Below are positions 1 to 9,389 of a stretch of DNA of 64,000 nucleotides, piece by piece (within the stretch, counting starts at the first letter, position 1; every line of letters starts with the position of its first letter). Position numbers and translations under genes: made by a program. This stretch comes from Vicinamibacterales bacterium (GTDB lineage: Bacteria; Acidobacteriota; Vicinamibacteria; Vicinamibacterales; UBA8438): positions 436,781-500,780 of the forward strand of contig OZ241843.1 in NCBI GenBank assembly GCA_965202695.1. The letters run 5' to 3'. Below the pieces are notes generated by a model. The model was not told the origin of the DNA, made no database searches, and worked only from the letters and a program-made list of their open reading frames with translations.

Positions 1-591
1 GCCGACGGCATGACCTCGGGGCCGCTGCTGGCGTACGCGCTGAACGGGGCGCCCCTGACGGTGGAGCAGGGCGCGCCGCTGCGGCTGCTGGTGCCCGGCT
101 GGTACGGCGTGACCAACGTGAAGTGGCTCTCCCACGTCCGCCTGCAGGCGGAGCGCTTCCTCGGCAAGTGGCAGGCGCGGTGGTACCGCACCCTCTGGTC
201 GGAGGAGATCGGCGGCGAGACGGTGTGGCACGAGACCGAGGTGTCGCGCCTGCGGGTCAAGTCGGTCATCGCGCGGGTGACCCGCGTCGACGGCCGTCAC
301 GAGGTGCTCGGCTTCGTCCTGCACGACGGCACGCCGCTGCGCGGGGTGCAGGTGAAGGTGGACGACGGGGCGTGGCAGGCGGCGGCGCTCGACCCGTCGA
401 CCCGCGGCCAGTACTCGTGGAAGCTGTTCCGGTTCGCGTGGACCGGGGCGTCGCCGGGCGAGCACACCCTGGTGTCGCGCGTCACCGACGTGAACGGCAA
501 CGTGCAGCCGACGAGCGGCGAGCTGTCGGCCGTCAAGCAGACCGGCCTCGAGGACAACTCGCAGTTCCCGAGGACCGTCATGATCGCCTGA
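1..591 (+). CDS. Sulfite-oxidase-family molybdopterin oxidoreductase, C-terminal part (5' end outside window)
   Basis: Frame open from base 1; LAYALNGAPL..GAPLRLLVPGWYGVTNVKWL Moco-domain motif, then dimerisation domain (VQVKVDDGAWQAA, YSWKLF, GEHTLVSRVTDVNG). Confidence 0.85.
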   Translation, partial: ADGMTSGPLLAYALNGAPLTVEQGAPLRLLVPGWYGVTNVKWLSHVRLQAERFLGKWQARWYRTLWSEEIGGETVWHETEVSRLRVKSVIARVTRVDGRHEVLGFVLHDGTPLRGVQVKVDDGAWQAAALDPSTRGQYSWKLFRFAWTGASPGEHTLVSRVTDVNGNVQPTSGELSAVKQTGLEDNSQFPRTVMIA

Positions 592-631
592 CGCCCCGGC
601 GCCCGTCGCCGGGAACCCGCGGCGGGCTCCC

Positions 632-666
632 GGCCGATGGTTCCGGGATGGCCGGAACCATCGGCC
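632..666 (+). terminator. Perfect 15-bp hairpin after the oxidoreductase gene; possible terminator
   Basis: GGCCGATGGTTCCGG-GATGG-CCGGAACCATCGGCC; no U-tract. Confidence 0.35.
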
Positions 667-895
667 CGCGGTGAAACACCCCGCTGCAATTGCGAGCGGC
701 GCAGCATCTGACCTGACTGCGTCGTTCGTTCGGCGGAACATGCCCGACACGCGCCCTTCTCACGCCTTGCCAGGCAGGCGCGCCTTGCCCGCCGGACGTT
801 CTCCGTCCGCCGGACGTTCTCCGTCCGCCGGCGCCCTCGGCGTTCGCCGGTGCCCGTTCGGGCGCGATACCGCGCAGGGGGGCCGCCACGGGCTG
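662..895. mobile_element. MITE-family copy
   Basis: Ends CGGCCCGCGGTGAAAC...CCGCCACGGGCTG; body similar to 39818-39976; internal 18-bp tandem repeat; flanks CCAT/CTAT. Confidence 0.75.
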
Positions 896-931
896 CTATA
901 CTGGGGATTCCGAAGGTCAAAGAGGGGGGCC

Positions 932-3325
932 ATGGTCGCGCGAAGCATCGGAGCGGCGCTGCTGACGGGCGCGGCGCTCGCGGGCGGGCCGGCGCCGGCG
1001 GCGGGCGGACAGGACGCCGCCGCCCCCCCGTCGCGCGCGCTCTTCGACCGCTACTGCGTCGCCTGCCACAACCAGCGGCTCCGGACCGGCGGGCTCGCCC
1101 TCGACGAGGTGGACCCGGCCCGCGCCGCGGTCCATGCCCCGGTCCTCGAGAAGGTCGTCCGCAAGCTGCGCACCGGGCAGATGCCGCCGGAGGGCCGGCC
1201 GCGGCCGGCGCCGGCGGAGATCGACGCGTTCGCGACCCGCCTGGAGCGCGCGCTCGACCGCGCGGCGGCGGCCGACCCCAACCCCGGCCGGGTGGCGTCG
1301 CGGCGGTTGAACCGCGTCGAGTACGTCCACGTCGTCGAAGACCTGCTGGGCCTCGAGGTCGACGGCGAAGAACTGCTCCCCTCGGACATGGCGGGGTTCG
1401 GCTTCGACAACAACGCCGACGTGCTGTCGATCACGCCGGGGCTGATGTCCCGCTACATGGCGGCCGCGACCAAGATCAGCCGGGCCGCGGTCGGCAGCCC
1501 CGACGTCCGTCCCGTCATGCAGCTCTACCAGGTGGGCTACGAGCGGCGCGACGTGCGGGCCGGCGAGGACCTGCCGTTCGCGACCCACGGCGGGCTCGCG
1601 GTGCGCCACCACTTCCCCCTGGACGGCGAGTACGTCTTCGCCGTCCGGCTCAAGCGCAACGAGACCATCGAGACCATCGACGGCATCGCCGAGAACGAGC
1701 ACCGGATCGAGATCCGGATCGACCACGCCCTCGTCGAGGAGTTCGCCATCGGGGGGAAGTACCCCGGCCCCGACCCCGGCTCGCTGATCGCGGTGCCGGA
1801 GGACGACGTCGAGGGCCAGCGGCTGCACGAGTACCGGATGACCGCCGACCACGCGCTGGAGGTCCGCGTGCCGGTCGAGGCGGGCACGCGGCTGCTGTCG
1901 GTCGCGTTCGCCGACTCGGCGCCGTCCCCGCATCCGCCGGGGCTGCTGCCGGGCATCGACAAGGTCTTCGTCTCCGGGCCGTTCGCCGGCGCGACGCCCG
2001 GCGACACGCCCAGCCGCCGGCGCATCTTCACGTGCCGGCCGCGGCAGGCCGAGGACGAGGAGCCCTGCGCGCGCGCCATCCTCGCCCGGCTGGCGCGCCG
2101 GGCCTACCGCCGCCCGGTGGAGTCCGACGACGTCGAGCCGCTGCTGGGCGTCTACCGCGAGGGGCGGCGCGAGCGGGGCTTCGAGGCGGGGGTCGAGCGG
2201 GCCCTCGAGGCCCTGCTCTCGATGCCCCGGTTCCTGATGCGGGTCGAACGGCAGCCCGCGGACACGCCGGCCGGCGCCGCCTACCGGCTGAGCGACCTCG
2301 AGCTGGCCACCCGGCTGTCGTTCTTCCTGTGGAAGAGCATTCCGGACGAGGAGCTGCTCGACCTGGCCGAGCGCAACGCCCTGAGCGCGCCCGGCACGCT
2401 GGCCCGGCAGGTGCGCCGGATGCTCGCCGACCGGCGGGCCGAGCGGTTCATGGACGACTTCGCGGGCCAGTGGCTGCAGGTGCGGAACATCTTCTCGCAA
2501 GACCCCGACGGCGCGCTCTTCGCGGGGTTCAACGACTCGCTGCGGAAGGCGATGGTCCGCGAGACGCAGTTGTTCTTCCGGAGCCAGGTCCGCGAGGACC
2601 GCCCGCTGCAGGACCTGCTGCGGGCCGACTACACGTTCCTGAACGAGCAGCTCGCGCGCCACTACGGCGTGGACGATCTCTACGGCAGCCACTTCCGGCG
2701 GTACGCGTGGGACGACGACCGCCGGCACGGGTTGCTGGGGCACGCGAGCCTGCTGACCGTCACCTCGTACGCGAACCGGACGTCGGTGGTGCTGCGGGGC
2801 CTGTGGGTGCTCGAGACGCTGCTCGGGTCGCCCCCGCCGCCCCCGCCGCCCAACGTGCCGCCGCTGCCCGAGAGCGACCGCGTCCGCCCGACGGCGCTGC
2901 GCGAGCGGATGGAGCAGCACCGCGACAGCCCCGTGTGCGCGAGCTGCCACCGCCGCATGGACCCGCTGGGCTTCGCGATGGAGCACTTCGACGCCATCGG
3001 CCGCTGGCGCGAGCGCGACGGCGGGGCCGAGATAGACGCCGCCATCGAATGGAACGGCGCCGCCATCGACAGCCCGCGCGCGTTCCGCGAGGCGCTGCTC
3101 GCGTCGGGGGACGAGTTCGCGCACACGGTCGCCGAAAAGCTGCTGACCTATGCGCTGGGCCGCGGCGTCGACTACTACGACGCGCCGGCCCTGCGGCGCA
3201 TCGTGCGGGACCTGGAGCGCGGCGGCTACCGCTGGTCGGCGCTGGTGCTCGGCGTCGTCACCAGCGAGCCGTTCCTCATGCGGCGCGCTCCCGCGGCGGA
3301 AACCCCGGCGGACGCCGGGCCCTGA
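932..3325 (+). CDS. DUF1592-domain cytochrome c-like protein (PSCyt/PSD domains)
   Basis: Signal peptide; CxxCH motifs (YCVACHN, CASCHRR); RRLNRVEY, GFGFDN, ELATRLSFFLWKSIPDEELL, RTSVVLRG, MDPLGFAMEHFDAIGRWR; GAGG RBS. Confidence 0.9.
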   Translation: MVARSIGAALLTGAALAGGPAPAAGGQDAAAPPSRALFDRYCVACHNQRLRTGGLALDEVDPARAAVHAPVLEKVVRKLRTGQMPPEGRPRPAPAEIDAFATRLERALDRAAAADPNPGRVASRRLNRVEYVHVVEDLLGLEVDGEELLPSDMAGFGFDNNADVLSITPGLMSRYMAAATKISRAAVGSPDVRPVMQLYQVGYERRDVRAGEDLPFATHGGLAVRHHFPLDGEYVFAVRLKRNETIETIDGIAENEHRIEIRIDHALVEEFAIGGKYPGPDPGSLIAVPEDDVEGQRLHEYRMTADHALEVRVPVEAGTRLLSVAFADSAPSPHPPGLLPGIDKVFVSGPFAGATPGDTPSRRRIFTCRPRQAEDEEPCARAILARLARRAYRRPVESDDVEPLLGVYREGRRERGFEAGVERALEALLSMPRFLMRVERQPADTPAGAAYRLSDLELATRLSFFLWKSIPDEELLDLAERNALSAPGTLARQVRRMLADRRAERFMDDFAGQWLQVRNIFSQDPDGALFAGFNDSLRKAMVRETQLFFRSQVREDRPLQDLLRADYTFLNEQLARHYGVDDLYGSHFRRYAWDDDRRHGLLGHASLLTVTSYANRTSVVLRGLWVLETLLGSPPPPPPPNVPPLPESDRVRPTALRERMEQHRDSPVCASCHRRMDPLGFAMEHFDAIGRWRERDGGAEIDAAIEWNGAAIDSPRAFREALLASGDEFAHTVAEKLLTYALGRGVDYYDAPALRRIVRDLERGGYRWSALVLGVVTSEPFLMRRAPAAETPADAGP

Positions 3326-3374
3326 GCGCAGCGCGGGCCTTCCCGAGCGTCCGCGGCACTTCTGGAGAATCGCC

Positions 3375-4724
3375 ATGTTCATCACCCGGATGCATCTGCC
3401 GCGCCGCCGCGTGCTGCGCGGTCTCGGCGCCGCCGTGGCCCTCCCCCTGCTCGACGGCATGGTGCCCGCCCTGACCGCGCAGAGCCGGACGGCGGCCGCG
3501 CCGGTCAGGCGCTTCGGCGTGTTCTACGTGCCCAACGGGATGTCCATGCCCTACTGGTACCCGCGGGAGGAGGGGCGGCTCGACCGCCTGCCGCCGACCC
3601 TGCGCGCGTTGGAGCCGTTCCGCGACCGGGTGCTGATTTGCGGGGGCCTCGACGACGAGGCGGCCAACCTCGTCACCGGCGGCGGCGACCACGCCCGGTC
3701 CGCCGGCACCTTCCTGACCTGCGTCCCCTACAAGATGACCAGCGGGGCCGACGTCTCGAACGCCGTCTCGGTGGACCAGATCGCGGCCCGCGAGCTGCGG
3801 AACGAGACCCAGTTGGCGTCGCTCGAGCTCGGCATCGAGTCGAACGCCATGGTCGGGAACTGCGACGGCGGCGCGAGCTGCGCCTACACCAACACCATCG
3901 CGTGGCGGACGCCCACCACTCCGCTGCCCATCGAGAACGACCCCCGCGCGGTGTTCGAGCGCCTGTTCGGCACCAGCGGCAGCACCGACCCGGCGGCGCG
4001 GCGGGCGCGGATGCGGCGCGACCGCAGCATCCTCGACCTCGTGAACGACGAGCTGCGCGGGCTCGGACGGGTCGTGGGGCCGGGAGACCGGGCCCGGCTG
4101 GACGAGTACGCCGAGGCGGTCCGCGACATCGAGCGGCGGATCGCGATGGCCGAGGAACAGAGCGCCCGCGAACTGCCGGTCGTCGACCAGCCCGTCGGCG
4201 TGCCGAGCGACTACGCCGAGCACGCCCGGCTGATGATGGACCTGCTCGCCCTCGCCTACCAGACGGACCTCACCCGCATCAGCACGTTCATGCTGGCGCG
4301 CGAGGTGAGCGGCCGCGCCTATCCGGAGATCGGCGTGCCCGACTCGCACCACCCGCTGTCGCACCACCAGGACGAGCCGGCGAAACTCCACCGGCTGCAC
4401 CTCGTCAACGAGTACCACTTCCAGCAGTTCGCCTATCTCGTGGCGAAGCTCGACGCGACCCCCGAGGGCGACGGGTCGATGCTCGACTCGACGCTGTTCC
4501 TCTACGGCACCGGCATCAGCGACAGCAACACCCACTTCCACGACGACCTGCCGATAGCGCTGGTCGGCGGGAAGAACGCGGGCATCGCGGGCGGCCGGTA
4601 CGTCCGCTATCCCCAGGACACGCCGCTCGCCAACCTGCACGTCACGGTTCTCGAAAAGCTGGGGACGCCGGTGGAGGCGTTCGGCGACAGCACCGGCCGG
4701 CTCGGCCGGCTGACGGGGGTGTAG
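3375..4724 (+). CDS. DUF1552-domain protein
   Basis: MFITRMHLPRRRVLRGLGAAVALPLLDGM, YVPNGM, SVDQIAA, SLELGIE, PRAVFERLFG, HHPLSHH; usual partner of DUF1592. Confidence 0.9.
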   Translation: MFITRMHLPRRRVLRGLGAAVALPLLDGMVPALTAQSRTAAAPVRRFGVFYVPNGMSMPYWYPREEGRLDRLPPTLRALEPFRDRVLICGGLDDEAANLVTGGGDHARSAGTFLTCVPYKMTSGADVSNAVSVDQIAARELRNETQLASLELGIESNAMVGNCDGGASCAYTNTIAWRTPTTPLPIENDPRAVFERLFGTSGSTDPAARRARMRRDRSILDLVNDELRGLGRVVGPGDRARLDEYAEAVRDIERRIAMAEEQSARELPVVDQPVGVPSDYAEHARLMMDLLALAYQTDLTRISTFMLAREVSGRAYPEIGVPDSHHPLSHHQDEPAKLHRLHLVNEYHFQQFAYLVAKLDATPEGDGSMLDSTLFLYGTGISDSNTHFHDDLPIALVGGKNAGIAGGRYVRYPQDTPLANLHVTVLEKLGTPVEAFGDSTGRLGRLTGV

Positions 4725-4784
4725 CCCGGGGCTAGCTGGAGCCCTCGCCGCTCTTGGGGGCAACGCAGAATCCCCCCGCCGGGG

Positions 4785-6086
4785 TCAGTCGCGGGCGCCG
4801 AGGTCCAGGGCTACGATGCGCGCCCGGTCGCGGGCATAGAGGGTCGTCCCGACGAGGGTCGGCACCGTCCACGACCGCGTGTCGAACAGTTGCGCGGTCG
4901 CCAGCCGCTCGAGGCCGTTCGGACTCAGCCTGACGAGCGAGAGGTCGCCGTCTTCCTCCAGCAGAATCGCCTTCCCGTCTCCGTAGACCATGGTCGCGCG
5001 GCTGAATCCGCGCTCGCGCCACGCCGTCTCGCCCGATTCCATGTGGGTGGCGGTCAGCACCGCGGCCGCGCCCTGGCCGCTCGTGCCGTAGATGAAGTCG
5101 CCGATCTTCAGCACGTTGAGGAAAGTGAACCGCAGGCGGCGGTCGGCCCACAACGCCTCGGTGCGCACGACGCCGCCGTCGGGCACGAGACGTATCGCCT
5201 GGCTGCCGCCGATGTAGCCGGACGAGAAGAACAGCACCCGACGATCGGGATCGTAGTGGGGAATCTGGAAGTTGAAGTCGTTGCCGGCGTCGTGGGGGTG
5301 GGCCCAGAGCACCTCCCCGGTGTCGGGGTCCATGCCGACCACGGCCTGGCCGGCGAAGACCACCGCGTGGGTCCGGCCGTCGACCGGAATCAGGCCTACC
5401 GGGGCGTGGGACACCAGGAAGCTGCCGCTCTTCCAGACCACCTCGCCGTCCCGCTGCCGCAACGCCATCACGGCCTGGCCGGGTCCGCCGACCTGCAGCA
5501 GGATGGTGTCCTCGTAGGGAGTCGGACTCATCCCCGACCCCGGCTTGATCATCGAGCGGATCAGCAGCGGCGGCGCCCCGAAGTCGGTGACGAGATTCCT
5601 CGACCACCGCAGCGCGCCGGTCTCCGGATCGAAGGCGTGCAGTTCCTTGTTGCTGCCCACGGTGAACAGCCGGCCGCCGGCCAGCAACGGCGTCGCGTGC
5701 GGCCCCGCCCCCTGGTCGAAGTCCTGGTTCTTCGACGCGTACTCGTACTCCCACAGCGTCGCCCCGGTCGCCGCATCGAGGGCGACGACCACCTCGCGCG
5801 GCGTCCACGGCGCGCCTCCGCCGTCTCCGTGCGAGACACGGTACATGGTGAACAGCCGGCCGCCGGAGGCGAGAATGGCGGAATGCCCGGCACCCAGAGG
5901 CCGGCTCCAGATCTCGGGCGGCCCCGAGGCCGGCCAGCGCTCGGCGAGCCCGTCCGACTCGACCGTGAAGTCGCGGTTGCGCCCCGCCCACTGACGCCAC
6001 TCTCCCTCCTGCGCCCTTGCCGCCGCGGGCAAGAGAAGGGTCGCGGCCAGGGCCATGCGGATCGGCGCCTCGTGTCGTCTCGTCAT
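4785..6086 (-). CDS. Secreted PQQ-like beta-propeller protein
   Basis: Signal peptide, WRQWAG..R, ALDAATGATLWEY, GPHATP, C-terminal SWTVPTLVGTTLYARD. Confidence 0.85.
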   Translation of the reverse strand: MTRRHEAPIRMALAATLLLPAAARAQEGEWRQWAGRNRDFTVESDGLAERWPASGPPEIWSRPLGAGHSAILASGGRLFTMYRVSHGDGGGAPWTPREVVVALDAATGATLWEYEYASKNQDFDQGAGPHATPLLAGGRLFTVGSNKELHAFDPETGALRWSRNLVTDFGAPPLLIRSMIKPGSGMSPTPYEDTILLQVGGPGQAVMALRQRDGEVVWKSGSFLVSHAPVGLIPVDGRTHAVVFAGQAVVGMDPDTGEVLWAHPHDAGNDFNFQIPHYDPDRRVLFFSSGYIGGSQAIRLVPDGGVVRTEALWADRRLRFTFLNVLKIGDFIYGTSGQGAAAVLTATHMESGETAWRERGFSRATMVYGDGKAILLEEDGDLSLVRLSPNGLERLATAQLFDTRSWTVPTLVGTTLYARDRARIVALDLGARD

Positions 6087-6652
6087 CGCGTCGTCCCCTC
6101 GCGCGCGGCGCCCGCGCCGACGGCCGGGAGCTCGTCCTGGGGGAACTCCCGGCACGGCATCGCCCACGTGTCGCACGCCCCGACGGGACCGTCCGACCGA
6201 TAGACCAGCCGGTTGCGGGTCTCCCCCGCCGGCGTGCCCGTGGTCACCTCGATGGTCAGGGTTCCGCCGTCGGAGCTCAGCGTCATCACTTCGCGCATGG
6301 TCATGCCGCCCAGCGTCCCTTCCACCACCAGCCGCTCGCCCTCCCACCGCGACGCGGCCAGCATGGTGGTGTCGCGGCCGACAGGAATGGCCATCTCCCG
6401 CCCCGGCGCATAGGACCAGGCCTTGCGGCCGTTGGTCTCCGCGCCGACGATGACCGTGCCGTTGGCGGCATGGGTTATGAACAGGCGCCCGACGTCGTCC
6501 CCGCCGCGGCCGCCGCTGAACGCCGGCGCCGTGACCTCGCTCGCCGCGCGATCGAGCGTCCACATTCCGGAGAAGTCGGGACGCTGCGCGGAAGCGAGTC
6601 CCGCCGCCAGAAGCATCCCCGCCACCGTCAAGCCGCGTCCGCCATGCGTCAC
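6083..6652 (-). CDS. Hypothetical secreted protein, lipocalin-like
   Basis: Signal peptide then PDFSGMWTLDRAAS and TLSSDGGTLTIE; 4-bp overlap with the next gene. Confidence 0.65.
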   Translation of the reverse strand: MTHGGRGLTVAGMLLAAGLASAQRPDFSGMWTLDRAASEVTAPAFSGGRGGDDVGRLFITHAANGTVIVGAETNGRKAWSYAPGREMAIPVGRDTTMLAASRWEGERLVVEGTLGGMTMREVMTLSSDGGTLTIEVTTGTPAGETRNRLVYRSDGPVGACDTWAMPCREFPQDELPAVGAGAAREGTTR

Positions 6653-6724
6653 ACCCGTCCTCCCCCGGTTGAAGCGATCGGTCCAGTGTCGTCCTTTCGG
6701 CGCCGCTCCGCAAGCGCACTATAG

Positions 6725-6850
6725 CAGCCCGTGGTGAAACGCCCCGCTGCATTGCGGCGCTGCATCCCGCCTGACTGCTTTTGTCCGTCGGACCGTTTTG
6801 CGATCCGCGACCGCTTGCGGTCCGCGGTTGCGGGAGGTTCCCGCGGCGAG
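6725..6850. mobile_element. MITE-family partial copy (left end)
   Basis: CAGCCCGTGGTGAAACGCCCCGCTGCATT...GCTGCATCCCGCCTGACTGC nearly identical to the start of 39818-39976; right end degenerate. Confidence 0.7.
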
Positions 6851-6852
6851 TG

Positions 6853-6900
6853 GTTGCAATTTAACATCCTTGCAACATATAATTAACCCGCATTTAACAT
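6853..6900 (+). promoter_or_regulatory. Putative sigma70 promoter with operator-like repeats
   Basis: AT-rich island; TTGCAA(6854)-18-TATAAT(6878); inverted repeat GTTGCAA/TTGCAAC; ATTTAACAT twice, 33 bp apart. Confidence 0.5.
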
Positions 6901-6935
6901 TGACAGGTGCGCACCTGCCGTCGGGGGACACGCTG

Positions 6936-7349
6936 ATGAAGATCATGCAGAGCATCGGACTCGTCACCTTCGTCGTCGCCGTCCTGGCTGTCGCCGACGC
7001 ACGGACGGCCTCGACGTCGCCCCGGCAACTGCTGGCCGCGGCCGCGGAAGGAACGGCGGCGTTCTCCGAACCCCGGCCCACGCTGCTCGTCGCCGCGCCG
7101 GGCGAAGTCGATATCAGCATCCGGATCCGACCGACCGAACACTCCCGCGAACTTCGCATCGTCGCCGATTCCGGCTCGTACTATCGGAGCACGAGCATCG
7201 GCTTGCGGGGCGCCGATTCGGAGCCGTTGCACAACTTCACCTGGCGCGGCTTCCCGGTCGGCGACTACGAGATCGTCGGAGTCCTGCTCGACGACCGCGG
7301 GGAGGAAGAGGTCGTGGTGCAGGCGGCGATGCGGGTCATCGTCCGCTAG
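6936..7349 (+). CDS. Hypothetical secreted protein
   Basis: MKIMQSIGLVTFVVAVLAV signal-like start, GGGGA RBS, protein-like composition. Confidence 0.65.
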   Translation: MKIMQSIGLVTFVVAVLAVADARTASTSPRQLLAAAAEGTAAFSEPRPTLLVAAPGEVDISIRIRPTEHSRELRIVADSGSYYRSTSIGLRGADSEPLHNFTWRGFPVGDYEIVGVLLDDRGEEEVVVQAAMRVIVR

Positions 7350-7368
7350 CTAGTCTGGCTAGAGCCAG

Positions 7369-7725
7369 CTAGAAGCCGATCCTTCCTTGCAGGACGAACC
7401 GGCGATCCATGGGCTGACGGCGCGTGGCGAGTTGCTCGACGAAGAGGTCGATCAGGAAGCGCAGGCCCGGGACCCGGGCGAGGGACAGGTTCCGGGCCCG
7501 GCCGTCGCCACGCGGGTTCAGCACGGCCCAGCGCGTCCCCGCGTTCAGGCGCCAGCCTTCGATCCCCTCGCGGCTCCAGCCGCCGAACGGTGTGAACTCG
7601 CCGCCGCCGGGCAGCACGACGCCCCAGCCCAACTCCAGGGCCAGCCGGTCCGGACCCCAGCCGGACGTGTCCGGGGACGCCGCCGGGTCCCGCCCCAGGA
7701 CCTCCCCCGCGCCGAGCCCGCCCTG
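7369..7725 (-). pseudogene. Orphan C-terminal fragment of an outer-membrane beta-barrel/autotransporter-like protein
   Basis: RLALELGWGV..FTPFGGWS..WRLNAGTRW...VLQGRIGF*: amphipathic strands and terminal Phe; begins abruptly at the IS3 left end. Confidence 0.6.
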
Positions 7726-7781
7726 TGGAGTTGCCCCGGTTTCGTGGACACCTATCCTGTTGGGAGGAGGAGGTATCCGCG

Positions 7782-8090
7782 ATGCCGAAATCGAGACCGC
7801 CGTATGCGGCGGAGTTCCGCCGGCAGATGGTCGAGCTGGTCCGGTCGGGGCGCACGCCGGAGGCTCTGGCGCGGGAGTTCGAGCCGTCGGCCCAGGCCAT
7901 CCGGAATCGGGTGGCGCAGGCCGGCCGGGATGCCGGCGAGCGCACCGACGGCCTGCGCACCGGGGAGCGTGAGGAGATGCGCCGGCTGCGTCGGGAGAAC
8001 CGGCGGCTGCGGGAAGAGCGGGAGATCCTGGCAAAAGCCACGGCCTGGTTCGCGCGGGAGACCGGATCCGGGGGGTCTACCGGTTCATGA
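7782..8090 (+). CDS. IS3 transposase OrfA (HTH)
   Basis: MPKSRPPYAAEFRRQMVELVRSGR...LRRENRRLREEREILAKATAWFARE; GGAGG RBS. Confidence 0.9.
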   Translation: MPKSRPPYAAEFRRQMVELVRSGRTPEALAREFEPSAQAIRNRVAQAGRDAGERTDGLRTGEREEMRRLRRENRRLREEREILAKATAWFARETGSGGSTGS

Positions 8091-9053
8091 GCGCGAATCA
8101 GGCCCGCTTCCGGATCGCCACCATGGCCCGGGTGCCCGGTGTCTCCCCGAGCGGGTACTATGCGTGGCGTCGGCGGGGTGCGTCCGTCCGGGCGCAGGCT
8201 GACGCGGACCTGACGGTCCGCGTCAGCGCGATCCACGCCCGCAGCCGCGGGACGTATGGCGCGCCCCGGATTCAGGCGGAACTGTCGGCAGACGGGGCCG
8301 CGGTGAGCCGCAAGCGGGTGGCGCGGGTGATGCGTGCGGCGGGCATTGCGGGGGTGAGCCGGCGCCGCGGGCCGCGCACGACGCGGCGGGCGGTGCGGGT
8401 CCGGCCGGCCCCGGATCGGGTCGAGCGCCGTTTCGAGGCGGCGGGACCGAACCGGCTGTGGGTCGCCGACATCACCTACCTACGTCCCGACGCTGGCCGG
8501 CTTCCTCTATCTGGCCGTCGTCCTCGACGTGTTCAGCCGGCGGGTCGTGGGTCAGGCGATGGCGGCGCACCTGCGCACGGCGCTGGTGACCGGGGCGCTG
8601 GAGATGGCCGTGAAGCAGCGCCGTCCGGCGGCGGTGATCCATCACTCCGACCAGGGCTGCCAGTACACGTCGTTGGCCTTCGGCGCCCGCTGTCAGGAAT
8701 GGGGCGTGACGCCGTCGATGGGTTCGGTCGGCGACTGCTTCGACAACGCGATGGCCGAGAGCTTCTTCGCGACGCTGGAGTGCGAGTTGCTCGACCGCGC
8801 GAAGTGGGCGACGCACGCCGAGGCGCGGTCGGCGGTGTTCGCGTTCATCGAAGGGTGGTACAACACGCGGCGGCGTCATTCCGCGTTGGGCTACCTGTCG
8901 CCGCTGGATTTCGAACGTCTCCGGGAGACGGCGCCCGCGGACGGGGACCGGTCCGGCGAGGCGCTCGAACCCGCGGTCCGGGTCGCGTCCGGCGCGCCGG
9001 CGCCGGCTGGCGTCGTCACCGGCGTTGCTGCCGGAAACACGGGGAGGGCATGA
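8087..9053 (+). pseudogene. IS3 transposase OrfB (DDE), frameshifted
   Basis: WVADITY, then a CTAC duplication at 8476-8483; other frame continues VPTLAGFLYLAVVLDVFSRRVVG, HHSDQGCQY, DNAMAESFF, WYNTRRRHSALGY. Confidence 0.88.
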
Positions 9054-9389
9054 TGGCGCACGGCTCGCCTCGCTGTCGCGAGGCGGACAACCGCCGTGAA
9101 GCGGCGTCGGCGGACCGAGCGGGCGCCGGGGGCGCTGTGGACCTGCCCGGCCTGTGGACGCCCGCGGGGCGTCGTACTGCATCCGCAGATCGGCGCGGCG
9201 GGCGCCCACAGGCCGTTGGAAATCTCGCGGGCGATCGCTGCCGCCGGTGCCTGCACCGAGGCCGCGAGATTCCCACAGGTCCACAGCGCTTGTTCCTCGT
9301 TGATGACTCACACGCAAACCCGTCCATCCGGGGGACCGTCATGATGGGAACCCAAGCGTTAACCTGTCCACGGAATCGGGGCAACCTCA

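Larger units (their letters stand above)
7726..9389 (+). mobile_element. IS3-family insertion sequence (1664 bp), no target duplication
   Basis: IRL TGGAGTTGCCCCGGTTTCGTGGACA; IRR reverse complement TGAGGTTGCCCCGATTCCGTGGACA; TG..CA ends; orfA/orfB. Confidence 0.92.

Noticed and set aside
7345-7372. Four CTAG tetramers in 27 bp between convergent stop codons
   Set aside because: Two are simply TAG stop codons; too short to support an IS footprint call
8471-8490. OrfB frame change as a programmed IS3 frameshift
   Set aside because: It lies inside the DDE domain rather than at the orfA/orfB junction and is an exact 4-bp duplication
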